A DNA stretch of 64,000 bases from Auanema rhodensis (GCA_964057225.1 OZ059899.1:3534001-3598000), one strand, 5' to 3'. Shown: positions 41,420 through 56,153, counted from the first letter of the stretch. Numbers and translations are program-made. Notes: generated from the letters alone by a model not told the origin.

Positions 41420-43525
41420 ACATCTACTTTTTGCTAAATTATTTTGAAATTTTTCGAAAAAATTTTTGTCAAAATGTTTTTGGAAGCAATGTTGAGTGTA
41501 CATGGAAACTCAACATACACTAATGCATCATTTTTCAAACGATCATAACTAATTTTTGTATCAAGTGTTTCTCAATGTAGTATAGTGCATTCGATGCGGA
41601 TTTTTAAGCTGCGTCGATCTGTGTTATCAGATTTGCGCTAGCTTAAAAATGCACCGAGATATCAACTGATATAAGTTCACACTTATATCCTCGATTTTCA
41701 CCCTGAAGAATTAATTTTTTCGTTGAATAACATTGTCCATCGTCTTTGCCTTGAAAAATGGAATCTAAAAACATCTACTTTTTGCTAAATTATTTTGAAA
41801 TTTTTCGAAAAAATTTTTGTCAAAATGTTTTTGGAAGCAATGTTGAGTGTACATGGAAACTCAACATACACTAATGCATCATTTTTCAAACGATCATAAC
41901 TAATTTTTGTATCAAGTGTTTCTCAATGTAGTATAGTGCATTCGATGCGGATTTTTAAGCTGCGTCGATCTGTGTTATCAGATTTGCGCTAGCTTAAAAA
42001 TGCACCGAGATATCAACTGATATAAGTTCACACTTATATCCTCGATTTTCACCCTGAAGAATTAATTTTTTCGTTGAATAACATTGTCCATCGTCTTTGC
42101 CTTGAAAAAAGGAATCTAAAAACATCTACTTTTTGCTAAATTATTTTGAAATTTTTCGAAAAAATTTTTGTCAAAATGTTTTTGGAAGCAATGTTGAGTG
42201 TACATGGAAACTCAACATACACTAATGCATCATTTTTCAAACGATCATAACTAATTTGTGTATTAAGCGTTTCTCAATGTAGTATAGTGCATTCGATGCG
42301 GATTTTCAAGCTGCGTCGATCTGTGTTATCAGATTTGCGCTAGCTTAAAAATGCACCGAGATATCAACTGATATAAGTTCACACATATATACCCGATTTT
42401 CACCCTGAAGAATTAATTTTTTCGTTGAATAACATTGTCCATCGTCTTTGCCTTGAAAAAAGGAATCTAAAAACATCTACTTTTTGCTAAATTATTTTGG
42501 AATTTTTCGAAAAAATTTTTGTCAAAATGTTTTTGGAAGCAATGTTGAGTGTACATGGAAACTCAACATACACTAATGCATCATTTTTCAAACGATCATA
42601 ACTAATTTTTGTATTAAGCGTTTCTCAATGTAGTATAGTGCATTCGATGCGGATTTTCAAGCTGCGTCGATCTGTGTTATCAGATTTGCGCTAGCTTAAA
42701 AATGCACCGAGATATCAACTGATATAAGTTCACACTTATATCCTCGATTTTCACCCTGAAGAATTATTTTTTTCGTTGAATAACATTGTCCATCGTCTTT
42801 GCCTTGAAAAATGGAATCTTAAAACATCTACTTTTTGCTAAATTATTTTGAAATTTTTCGAAAAAATTTTTGTCAAAATGTTTTTGGAAGCAATGTTGAG
42901 TGTACATGGAAACTCAACATACACTAATGCATCATTTTTCAAACGATCATAACTAATTTTTGTATCAAGTGTTTCTCAATGTAGTATAGTGCATTCGATG
43001 CGGATTTTTAAGCTGCGTCGATCTGTGTTATCAGATTTGCGCTAGCTTAAAAATGCACCGAGATATCAACTGATATAAGTTCACACTTATATCCTCGATT
43101 TTCACCCTGAAGAATTAATTTTTTCGTTGAAAAACATTGTCCATCGTCTTTGCCTTGAAAAATGGAATCTTAAAACATCTACTTTTTGCTAAATTATTTT
43201 GAAATTTTTCGAAAAAATTTTTGTCAAAATGTTTTTGGAAGCAATGTTGAGTGTACATGGAAACTCAACATACACTAATGCATCATTTTTCAAACGATCA
43301 TAACTAATTTTTGTATCAAGTGTTTCTCAATGTAGTATAGTGCATTCGATGCGGATTTTTAAGCTGCGTCGATCTGTGTTATCAGATTTGCGCTAGCTTA
43401 AAAATGCACCGAGATATCAACTGATATAAGTTCACACTTATATCCTCGATTTTCACCCTGAAGAATTAATTTTTTCGTTGAAAAACATTGTCCATCGTCT
43501 TTGCCTTGAAAAATGGAATCTTAAA

Positions 43526-44929
43526 ACATCTACTTTTTGCTAAATTATTTTGAAATTTTTCGAAAAAATTTTTGTCAAAATGTTTTTGGAAGCAATGTTG
43601 AGTGTACATGGAAACTCAACATACACTAATGCATCATTTTTCAAACGATCATAACTAATTTTTGTATCAAGTGTTTCTCAATGTAGTATAGTGCATTCGA
43701 TGCGGATTTTTAAGCTGCGTCGATCTGTGTTATCAGATTCGCGCTAGCTTAAAAAAGCACCGAGATATCAACTGATATAAGTTCACACTTATATCCTCGA
43801 TTTTCACCCTGAAGAATTAATTTTTTCGTTGAATAACATTGTCCATCGTCTTTGCCTTGAAAAATGGAATCTAAAAACATCTACTTTTTGCTAAATTATT
43901 TTGAAATTTTTCGAAAAAATTTTTGTCAAAATGTTTTTGGAAGCAATGTTGAGTGTACATGGAAACTCAACATACACTAATGCATCATTTTTCAAACGAT
44001 CATAACTAATTTTTGTATCAAGTGTTTCTCAATGTAGTATAGTGCATTCGATGCGGATTTTCAAGCTGCGTCGATCTGTGTTATCAGATTTGCGCTAGCT
44101 TAAAAATGCACCGAGATATCAACTGATATAAGTTCACACTTATATCCTCGATTTTCACCCTGAAGAATTATTTTTTTCGTTGAATAACATTGTCCATCGT
44201 CTTTGCCTTAAAAAATGGAATCTTAAAACATCTACTTTTTGCTAAATTATTTTGAAATTTTTCGAAAAAATTTTTGTCAAAATGTTTTTGGAAGCAATGT
44301 TGAGTGTACATGGAAACTCAACATACACTAATGCATCATTTTTCAAACGATCATAACTAATTTTTGTATCAAGTGTTTCTCAATGTAGTATAGTGCATTC
44401 GATGCGGATTTTTAAGCTGCGTCGATCTGTGTTATCAGATTCGCGCTAGCTTAAAAAAGCACCGAGATATCAACTGATATAAGTTCACACTTATATCCTC
44501 GATTTTCACCCTGAAGAATTAATTTTTTCGTTGAATAACATTGTCCATCGTCTTTGCCTTGAAAAATGGAATCTAAAAACATCTACTTTTTGCTAAATTA
44601 TTTTGAAATTTTTCGAAAAAATTTTTGTCAAAATGTTTTTGGAAGCAATGTTGAGTGTACATGGAAACTCAACATACACTAATGCATCATTTTTCAAACG
44701 ATCATAACTAATTTTTGTATCAAGTGTTTCTCAATGTAGTATAGTGCATTCGATGCGGATTTTCAAGCTGCGTCGATCTGTGTTATCAGATTTGCGCTAG
44801 CTTAAAAATGCACCGAGATATCAACTGATATAAGTTCACACTTATATCCTCGATTTTCACCCTGAAGAATTATTTTTTTCGTTGAATAACATTGTCCATC
44901 GTCTTTGCCTTAAAAAATGGAATCTTAAA
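43526..44929 (+). repeat. Dimer (702-bp) duplication
   Basis: CAGATTCGCG variant at 43740/44442 (again at 46197), each of the first two followed by a monomer with m186 C, m294 T and CTTA. Confidence 0.85.
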
Positions 44930-47900
44930 ACATCTACTTTTTGCTAAATTATTTTGAAATTTTTCGAAAAAATTTTTGTCAAAATGTTTTTGGAAGCAAT
45001 GTTGAGTGTACATGGAAACTCAACATACACTAATGCATCATTTTTCAAACGATCATAACTAATTTTTGTATCAAGTGTTTCTCAATGTAGTATAGTGCAT
45101 TCGATGCGGATTTTTAAGCTGCGTCGATCTGTGTTATCAGATTTGCGCTAGCTTAAAAATGCACCGAGATATCAACTGATATAAGTTCACACTTATATCC
45201 TCGATTTTCACCCTGAAGAATTAATTTTTTCGTTGAAAAACATTGTCCATCGTCTTTGCCTTGAAAAATGGAATCTTAAAACATCTACTTTTTGCTAAAT
45301 TATTTTGAAATTTTTCGAAAAAATTTTTGTCAAAATGTTTTTGGAAGCAATGTTGAGTGTACATGGAAACTCAACATACACTAATGCATCATTTTTCAAA
45401 CGATCATAACTAATTTTTGTATCAAGTGTTTCTCAATGTAGTATAGTGCATTCGATGCGGATTTTTAAGCTGCGTCGATTTGTGTTATCAGATTTGCGCT
45501 AGCTTAAAAAAGCACCGAGATATCAACTGATATAAGTTCACACTTATATCCTCGATTTTCACCCTGAAGAATTAATTTTTTCGTTGAATAACATTGTCCA
45601 TCGTCTTTGCCTTGAAAAATGGAATCTAAAAACATCTACTTTTTGCTAAATTATTTTGAAATTTTTCGAAAAAATTTTTGTCAAAATGTTTTTGGAAGCA
45701 ATGTTGAGTGTACATGGAAACTCAACATACACTAATGCATCATTTTTCAAACGATCATAACTATTTTTTGTATCAAGTGTTTCTCAATGTAGTATAGTGC
45801 ATTCGATGCGGATTTTTAAGCTGCGTCGATCTGTGTTATCAGATTTGCGCTAGCTTAAAAATGCACCGAGATATCAACTGATATAAGTTCACACTTATAT
45901 CCTCGATTTTCACCCTGAAGAATTAATTTTTACGTTGAATAACATTGTCCATCGTCTTTGCCTGGAAAAATGGAATCTAAAAACATCTACTTTTTGCTAA
46001 ATTATTTTGAAATTTTTCGAAAAAATTTTTGTCAAAATGTTTTTGGAAGCAATGTTGAGTGTACATGGAAACTCAACATACACTAATGCATCATTTTTCA
46101 AACGATCATAACTAATTTTTGTATCAAGTGTTTCTCAATGTAGTATAGTGCATTCGATGCGGATTTTTAAGCTGCGTCGATCTGTGTTATCAGATTCGCG
46201 CTAGCTTAAAAAAGCACCGAGATATCAACTGATATAAGTTCACACTTATATCCTCGATTTTCACCCTGAAGAATTAATTTTTTCGTTGAATAACATTGTC
46301 CATCGTCTTTGCCTTGAAAAATGGAATCTAAAAACATCTACTTTTTGCTAAATTATTTTGAAATTTTTCGAAAAAATTTTTGTCAAAATGTTTTTGGAAG
46401 CAATGTTGAGTGTACATGGAAACTCAACATACACTAATGCATCATTTTTCAAACGATCATAACTATTTTTTGTATCAAGTGTTTCTCAATGTAGTATAGT
46501 GCATTCGATGCGGATTTTTAAGCTGCGTCGATCTGTGTTATCAGATTTGCGCTAGCTTAAAAATGCACCGAGATATCAACTGATATAAGTTCACACTTAT
46601 ATCCTCGATTTTCACCCTGAAGAATTAATTTTTACGTTGAATAACATTGTCCATCGTCTTTGCCTGGAAAAATGGAATCTAAAAACATCTACTTTTTGCT
46701 AAATTATTTTGAAATTTTTCGAAAAAATTTTTGTCAAAATGTTTTTGGAAGCAATGTTGAGTGTACATGGAAACTCAACATACACTAATGCATCATTTTT
46801 CAAACGATCATAACTAATTTTTGTATCAAGTGTTTCTCAATGTAGTATAGTGCATTCGATGCGGATTTTTAAGCTGCGTCGATCTGTGTTATCAGATTTG
46901 CGCTAGCTTAAAAATGCACCGAGATATCAACTGATATAAGTTCACACTTATATCCTCGATTTTCACCCTGAAGAATTAATTTTTACGTTGAATAACATTG
47001 TCCATCGTCTTTGCCTGGAAAAATGGAATCTAAAAACATCTACTTTTTGCTAAATTATTTTGAAATTTTTCGAAAAAATTTTTGTCAAAATGTTTTTGGA
47101 AGCAATGTTGAGTGTACATGGAAACTCAACATACACTAATGCATCATTTTTCAAACGCTCATAACTAATTTTTGTATTAAGCGTTTCTCAATGTAGTATA
47201 GTGCATTCGATGCGGATTTTCAAGCTGCGTCGATCTGTGTTATCAGATTTGCGCTAGCTTAAAAATGCACCGAGATATCAACTGATATAAGTTCACACAT
47301 ATATACCCGATTTTCACCCTGAAGAATTAATTTTTTCGTTGAATAACATTGTCCATCGTCTTTGCCTTGAAAAAAGGAATCTAAAAACATCTACTTTTTG
47401 CTAAATTATTTTGAAATTTTTCGAAAAAATTTTTGTCAAAATGTTTTTGGAAGCAATGTTGAGTGTACATGGAAACTCAACATACACTAATGCATCATTT
47501 TTCAAACGATCATAACTAATTTTTGTATTAAGCGTTTCTCAATGTAGTATAGTGCATTCGATGCGGATTTTCAAGCTGCGTCGATCTGTGTTATCAGATT
47601 TGCGCTAGCTTAAAAATGCACCGAGATATCAACTGATATAAGTTCACACTTATATCCTCGATTTTCACCCTGAAGAATTAATTTTTTCGTTGAATAACAT
47701 TGTCCATCGTCTTTGCCTTGTAAATTGGAATCTAAAAACATCTACTTTTTGCTAAATTATTTTGAAATTTTTCGAAAAAATTTTTGTCAAAATGTTTTTG
47801 GAAGCAATGTTGAGTGTACATGGAAACTCAACATACACTAATGCATCATTTTTCAAACGCTCATAACTAATTTTTGTATTAAGCGTTTCTCAATGTAGTA

Positions 47901-48088
47901 TAGTGCATTCGATGCGGATTTTCAAGCTGCGTCGATCTGTGTTATCAGATTTGCGCTAGCTTAAAAATGCACCGAGATATCAACTGATATAAGTTCACAC
48001 ATATATACCCGATTTTCACCCTGAAGAATTAATTTTTTCGTTGAATAACATTGTCCATCGTCTTTGCCTTGAAAAAAGGAATCTAAAA

Positions 48089-50886
48089 ACATCTACTTTT
48101 TGCTAAATTATTTTGAAATTTTTCGAAAAAATTTTTGTCAAAATGTTTTTGGAAGCAATGTTGAGTGTACATGGAAACTCAACATACACTAATGCATCAT
48201 TTTTCAAACGATCATAACTAATTATTGTATTAAGCGTTTCTCAATGTAGTATAGTGCATTCGATGCGGATTTTTAAGCTTCGTCGATCTGTGTTATCAGA
48301 TTTGCGCTAGCTTAAAAATGCACCGAGATATCAACTGATATAAGTTCACACATATATATCCTCGATTTTCACCCTGAAGAATTAATTTTTTCGTTGAATA
48401 ACCTTGTCCATCGTTTTTGCCTTGAAAAATGGAATCTTAAAACATCTACTTTTTGCTAAATTATTTTGAAATTTTTCGAAAAAATTTTTGTCAAAATGTT
48501 TTTGGAAGCAATGTTGAGTGTACATGGAAACTCAACATACACTAATGCATCATTTTTCAAACGATCATAACTAATTTTTGTATTAAGCGTTTCTCAATGT
48601 AGTATAGTGCATTCGATGCGGATTTTCAAGCTGCGTCGATCTGTGTTATCAGATTTGCGCTAGCTTAAAAATGCACCGAGATATCAACTGATATAAGTTC
48701 ACACACATATACCCGATTTTCACTCTGAAGAATTAATTTTTTCGTTGAATAACCTTGTCCATCGTCTTTGCCTTGAAAAATGGAATCTAAAAGCATCTAC
48801 TTTTTGCTAAATTATCTTGAAAAAAAAATTTTTGTCAAAATGTTTTTGGAAGCAATGTTGAGTGTACATGGAAACTCAACATACACTAATGCATCATTTT
48901 TCAAACGATCATAACTAATTTTTGTATTAAGCGTTTCTCAATGTAGTATAGTGCATTCGATGCGGATTTTCAAGCTGCGTCGATCTGTGTTATCAGATTT
49001 GCGCTAGCTTAAAAATGCACCGAGATATCAACTGATATAAGTTCACACTTATATCCTCGATTTTCACCCTGAAGAATTAATTTTTTCGTTGAATAACATT
49101 GTCCATCGTCTTTGCCTTGTAAATTGGAATCTAAAAACATCTACTTTTTGCTAAATTATTTTGAAATTTTTCGAAAAAATTTTTGTCAAAATGTTTTTGG
49201 AAGCAATGTTGAGTGTACATGGAAACTCAACATACACTAATGCATCATTTTTCAAACGCTCATAACTAATTTTTGCATTAAGCGTTTCTCAATGTAGTAT
49301 AGTGCATTCGATGCGGATTTTCAAGCTGCGTCGATCTGTGTTATCAGATTTGCGCTAGCTTAAAAATGCACCGAGATATCAACTGATATAAGTTCACACA
49401 TATATACCCGATTTTCACCCTGAAGAATTAATTTTTTCGTTGAATAACATTGTCCATCGTCTTTGCCTTGAAAAAAGGAATCTAAAAACATCTACTTTTT
49501 GCTAAATTATTTTGAAATTTTTCGAAAAAATTTTTGTCAAAATGTTTTTGGAAGCAATGTTGAGTGTACATGGAAACTCAACATACACTAATGCATCATT
49601 TTTCAAACGATCATAACTAATTTTTGTATTAAGCGTTTCTCAATGTAGTATAGTGCATTCGATGCGGATTTTCAAGCTGCGTCGATCTGTGTTATCAGAT
49701 TTGCGCTAGCTTAAAAATGCACCGAGATATCAACTGATATAAGTTCACACTTATATCCTCGACTTTCACCCTGAAGAATTAATTTTTTCGTTGAATAACA
49801 TTGTCCATCGTCTTTGCCTTGTAAATTGGAATCTAAAAACATCTACTTTTTGCTAAATTATTTTGAAATTTTTCGAAAAAATTTTTGTCAAAATGTTTTT
49901 GGAAGCAATGTTGAGTGTACATGGAAACTCAACATACACTAATGCATAATTTTTCAAACGATCATAACTAATTATTGTATTAAGCGTTTCTCAATGTAGT
50001 ATAGTGCATTCGATGCGGATTTTTAAGCTTCGTCGATCTGTGTTATCAGATTTGCGCTAGCTTAAAAATGCACCGAGATATCAACTGATATAAGTTCACA
50101 CATATATATCCTCGATTTTCACCCTGAAGAATTAATTTTTTCGTTGAATAACCTTGTCCATCGTTTTTGCCTTGAAAAATGGAATCTTAAAACATCTACT
50201 TTTTGCTAAATTATTTTGAAATTTTTCGAAAAAATTTTTGTCAAAATGTTTTTGGAAGCAATGTTGAGTGTACATGGAAACTCAACATACACTAATGCAT
50301 CATTTTTCAAACGATCATAACTAATTTTTGTATTAAGCGTTTCTCAATGTAGTATAGTGCATTCGATGCGGATTTTCAAGCTGCGTCGATCTGTGTTATC
50401 AGATTTGCGCTAGCTTAAAAATGCACCGAGATATCAACTGATATAAGTTCACACACATATACCCGATTTTCACTCTGAAGAATTAATTTTTTCGTTGAAT
50501 AACCTTGTCCATCGTCTTTGCCTTGAAAAATGGAATCTAAAAGCATCTACTTTTTGCTAAATTATCTTGAAAAAAAAATTTTTGTCAAAATGTTTTTGGA
50601 AGCAATGTTGAGTGTACATGGAAACTCAACATACACTAATGCATCATTTTTCAAACGATCATAACTAATTTTTGTATTAAGCGTTTCTCAATGTAGTATA
50701 GTGCATTCGATGCGGATTGTCAAGCTGCGTCGATCTGTGTTATCAGATTTGCGCTAGCTTAAAAATGCACCGAGATATCAACTGATATAAGTTCACACAT
50801 ATATACCCGATTTTCACCCTGAAGAATTAATTTTTTCGTTGAATAACATTGTCCATCGTCTTTGCCTTGAAAAAAGGAATCTAAAA
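48089..50886 (+). repeat. Three-monomer block with +2 and -7 indels repeated at a 5-monomer (1750-bp) spacing
   Basis: 353-bp monomers start at 48089 and 49839; 344-bp monomers start at 48793 and 50543. Confidence 0.9.
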
Positions 50887-52643
50887 ACATCTACTTTTTG
50901 CTAAATTATTTTGAAATTTTTCGAAAAAATTTTTGTCAAAATGTTTTTGGAAGCAATGTTGAGTGTACATGGAAACTCAACATACACTAATGCATCATTT
51001 TTCAAACGATCATAACTAATTTTTGTATTAAGCGTTTCTCAATGTAGTATAGTGCATTCGATGCGGATTTTCAAGCTGCGTCGATCTGTGTTATCAGATT
51101 TGCGCTAGCTTAAAAATGCACCGAGATATCAACTGATATAAGTTCACACTTATATCCTCGATTTTCACCCTGAAGAATTAATTTTTTCGTTGAATAACCT
51201 TGTCCATCGTTTTTGCCTTGAAAAATGGAATCTTAAAACATCTACTTTTTGCTAAATTATTTTGAAATTTTTCGAAAAAATTTTTGTCAAAATGTTTTTG
51301 GAAGCAATGTTGAGTGTACATGGAAACTCAACATACACTAATGCATCATTTTTCAAACGATCATAACTAATTTTTGTATTAAGCGTTTCTCAATGTAGTA
51401 TAGTGCATTCGATGCGGATTTTCAAGCTGCGTCGATCTGTGTTATCAGATTTGCGCTAGCTTAAAAATGCACCGAGATATCAACTGATATAAGTTCACAC
51501 ATATATACCCGATTTTCACCCTGAAGAATTAATTTTTTCGTTGAATAACCTTGTCCATCGTCTTTGCCTTGAAAAATGGAATCTAAAAGCATCTACTTTT
51601 TGCTAAATTATCTTGAAATTTTTCGAAAAAATTTTTGTCAAAATGTTTTTGGAAGCAATGTTGAGTGTACATGGAAACTCAACATACACTAATGCATCAT
51701 TTTTCAAACGATCATAACTAATTTTTGTATTAAGCGTTTCTCAATGTAGTATAGTGCATTCGATGCGGATTTTCAAGCTGCGTCGATCTGTGTTATCAGA
51801 TTTGCGCTAGCTTAAAAATGCACCGAGATATCAACTGATATAAGTTCACACACATATACCCGATTTTCACTCTGAAGAATTAATTTTTTCGTTGAATAAC
51901 CTTGTCCATCGTCTTTGCCTTGAAAAATGGAATCTAAAAGCATCTACTTTTTGCTAAATTATCTTGAAATTTTTCGAAAAAATTTTTGTCAAAATGTTTT
52001 TGGAAGCAATGTTGAGTGTACATGGAAACTCAACATACACTAATGCATCATTTTTCAAACGATCATAACTAATTTTTGTATTAAGCGTTTCTCAATGTAG
52101 TATAGTGCATTCGATGCGGATTGTCAAGCTGCGTCGATCTGTGTTATCAGATTTGCGCTAGCTTAAAAATGCACCGAGATATCAACTGATATAAGTTCAC
52201 ACATATATACCCGATTTTCACCCTGAAGAATTAATTTTTTCGTTGAATAACATTGTCCATCGTCTTTGCCTTGAAAAAAGGAATCTAAAAACATCTACTT
52301 TTTGCTAAATTATTTTGAAATTTTTCGAAAAAATTTTTGTCAAAATGTTTTTGGAAGCAATGTTGAGTGTACATGGAAACTCAACATACACTAATGCATA
52401 ATTTTTCAAACGATCATAACTAATTATTGTATTAAGCGTTTCTCAATGTAGTATAGTGCATTCGATGCGGATTTTTAAGCTTCGTCGATCTGTGTTATCA
52501 GATTTGCGCTAGCTTAAAAATGCACCGAGATATCAACTGATATAAGTTCACACATATATATCCTCGATTTTCACCCTGAAGAATTAATTTTTTCGTTGAA
52601 TAACCTTGTCCATCGTTTTTGCCTTGAAAAATGGAATCTTAAA

Positions 52644-55600
52644 ACATCTACTTTTTGCTAAATTATTTTGAAATTTTTCGAAAAAATTTTTGTCAAAATG
52701 TTTTTGGAAGCAATGTTGAGTGTACATGGAAACTCAACATACACTAATGCATCATTTTTCAAACGATCATAACTAATTTTTGTATTAAGCGTTTCTCAAT
52801 GTAGTATAGTGCATTCGATGCGGATTTTCAAGCTGCGTCGATCTGTGTTATCAGATTTGCGCTAGCTTAAAAATGCACCGAGATATCAACTGATATAAGT
52901 TCACACACATATACCCGATTTTCACTCTGAAGAATTAATTTTTTCGTTGAATAACCTTGTCCATCGTCTTTGCCTTGAAAAATGGAATCTAAAAGCATCT
53001 ACTTTTTGCTAAATTATCTTGAAATTTTTCGAAAAAATTTTTGTCAAAATGTTTTTGGAAGCAATGTTGAGTGTACATGGAAACTCAACATACACTAATG
53101 CATCATTTTTCAAACGATCATAACTAATTTTTGTATTAAGCGTTTCTCAATGTAGTATAGTGCATTCGATGCGGATTGTCCAGCTGCGTCGATCTGTGTT
53201 ATCAGATTTGCGCTAGCTTAAAAATGCACCGAGATATCAACTGATATAAGTTCACACATATATACCCGATTTTCACCCTGAAGAATTAATTTTTTCGTTG
53301 AATAACATTGTCCATCGTCTTTGCCTTGAAAAAAGGAATCTAAAAACATCTACTTTTTGCTAAATTATTTTGAAATTTTTCGAAAAAATTTTTGTCAAAA
53401 TGTTTTTGGAAGCAATGTTGAGTGTACATGGAAACTCAACATACACTAATGCATCATTTTTCAAACGATCATAACTAATTTTTGTATTAAGCGTTTCTCA
53501 ATGTAGTATAGTGCATTCGATGCGGATTTTCAAGCTGCGTCGATCTGTGTTATCAGATTTGCGCTAGCTTAAAAATGCACCGAGATATCAACTGATATAA
53601 GTTCACACTTATATCCTCGATTTTCACCCTGAAGAATTAATTTTTTCGTTGAATAACCTTGTCCATCGTTTTTGCCTTGAAAAATGGAATCTTAAAACAT
53701 CTACTTTTTGCTAAATTATTTTGAAATTTTTCGAAAAAATTTTTGTCAAAATGTTTTTGGAAGCAATGTTGAGTGTACATGGAAACTCAACATACACTAA
53801 TGCATCATTTTTCAAACGATCATAACTAATTTTTGTATTAAGCGTTTCTCAATGTAGTATAGTGCATTCGATGCGGATTTTCAAGCTGCGTCGATCTGTG
53901 TTATCAGATTTGCGCTAGCTTAAAAATGCACCGAGATATCAACTGATATAAGTTCACACACATATACCCGATTTTCACTCTGAAGAATTAATTTTTTCGT
54001 TGAATAACCTTGTCCATCGTCTTTGCCTTGAAAAATGGAATCTAAAAGCATCTACTTTTTGCTAAATTATCTTGAAATTTTTCGAAAAAATTTTTGTCAA
54101 AATGTTTTTGGAAGCAATGTTGAGTGTACATGGAAACTCAACATACACTAATGCATCATTTTTCAAACGATCATAACTAATTTTTGTATTAAGCGTTTCT
54201 CAATGTAGTATAGTGCATTCGATGCGGATTGTCCAGCTGCGTCGATCTGTGTTATCAGATTTGCGCTAGCTTAAAAATGCACCGAGATATCAACTGATAT
54301 AAGTTCACACATATATACCCGATTTTCACCCTGAAGAATTAATTTTTTCGTTGAATAACATTGTCCATCGTCTTTGCCTTGAAAAAAGGAATCTAAAAAC
54401 ATCTACTTTTTGCTAAATTATTTTGAAATTTTTCGAAAAAATTTTTGTCAAAATGTTTTTGGAAGCAATGTTGAGTGTACATGGAAACTCAACATACACT
54501 AATGCATCATTTTTCAAACGATCATAACTAATTTTTGTATTAAGCGTTTCTCAATGTAGTATAGTGCATTCGATGCGGATTTTCAAGCTGCGTCGATCTG
54601 TGTTATCAGATTTGCGCTAGCTTAAAAATGCACCGAGATATCAACTGATATAAGTTCACACTTATATCCTCGATTTTCACCCTGAAGAATTAATTTTTTC
54701 GTTGAATAACCTTGTCCATCGTTTTTGCCTTGAAAAATGGAATCTTAAAACATCTACTTTTTGCTAAATTATTTTGAAATTTTTCGAAAAAATTTTTGTC
54801 AAAATGTTTTTGGAAGCAATGTTGAGTGTACATGGAAACTCAACATACACTAATGCATCATTTTTCAAACGATCATAACTAATTTTTGTATTAAGCGTTT
54901 CTCAATGTAGTATAGTGCATTCGATGCGGATTTTCAAGCTGCGTCGATCTGTGTTATCAGATTTGCGCTAGCTTAAAAATGCACCGAGATATCAACTGAT
55001 ATAAGTTCACACATATATACCCGATTTTCACCCTGAAGAATTAATTTTTTCGTTGAATAACCTTGTCCATCGTCTTTGCCTTGAAAAATGGAATCTAAAA
55101 GCATCTACTTTTTGCTAAATTATCTTGAAATTTTTCGAAAAAATTTTTGTCAAAATGTTTTTGGAAGCAATGTTGAGTGTACATGGAAACTCAACATACA
55201 CTAATGCATCATTTTTCAAACGATCATAACTAATTTTTGTATTAAGCGTTTCTCAATGTAGTATAGTGCATTCGATGCGGATTGTCAAGCTGCGTCGATC
55301 TGTGTTATCAGATTTGCGCTAGCTTAAAAATGCACCGAGATATCAACTGATATAAGTTCACACATATATACCCGATTTTCACCCTGAAGAATTAATTTTT
55401 TCGTTGAATAACATTGTCCATCGTCTTTGCCTTGAAAAAAGGAATCTAAAAACATCTACTTTTTGCTAAATTATTTTGAAATTTTTCGAAAAAATTTTTG
55501 TCAAAATGTTTTTGGAAGCAATGTTGAGTGTACATGGAAACTCAACATACACTAATGCATCATTTTTCAAACGATCATAACTAATTTTTGTATTAAGCGT

Positions 55601-56153
55601 TTCTCAATGTAGTATAGTGCATTCGATGCGGATTTTCAAGCTGCGTCGATCTGTGTTATCAGATTTGCGCTAGCTTAAAAATGCACCGAGATATCAACTG
55701 ATATAAGTTCACACTTATATCCTCGATTTTCACCCTGAAGAATTAATTTTTTCGTTGAATAACCTTGTCCATCGTTTTTGCCTTGAAAAATGGAATCTTA
55801 AAACATCTACTTTTCGCTAAATTATTTTGAAATTTTTCGAAAAAATTTTTGTCAAAATGTTTTTGGAAGCAATGTTGAGTGTACATGGAAACTCAACATA
55901 CACTAATGCATCATTTTTCAAACGATCATAACTAATTTTTGTATTAAGCGTTTCTCAATGTAGTATAGTGCATTCGATGCGGATTTTCAAGCTGCGTCGA
56001 TCTGTGTTATCAGATTTGCGCTAGCTTAAAAATGCACCGAGATATCAACTGATATAAGTTCACACATATATACCCGATTTTCACCCTGAAGAATTAATTT
56101 TTTCGTTGAATAACCTTGTCCATCGTCTTTGCCTTGAAAAATGGAATCTAAAA
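52644..56153 (+). repeat. Trimer (1053-bp) higher-order repeat, about 3.3 copies
   Basis: GGATTGTC marker at 53178, 54231, 55284; each is followed by a monomer carrying ACCTT, CGTTTTTG and ATCTTAAA. Confidence 0.88.
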
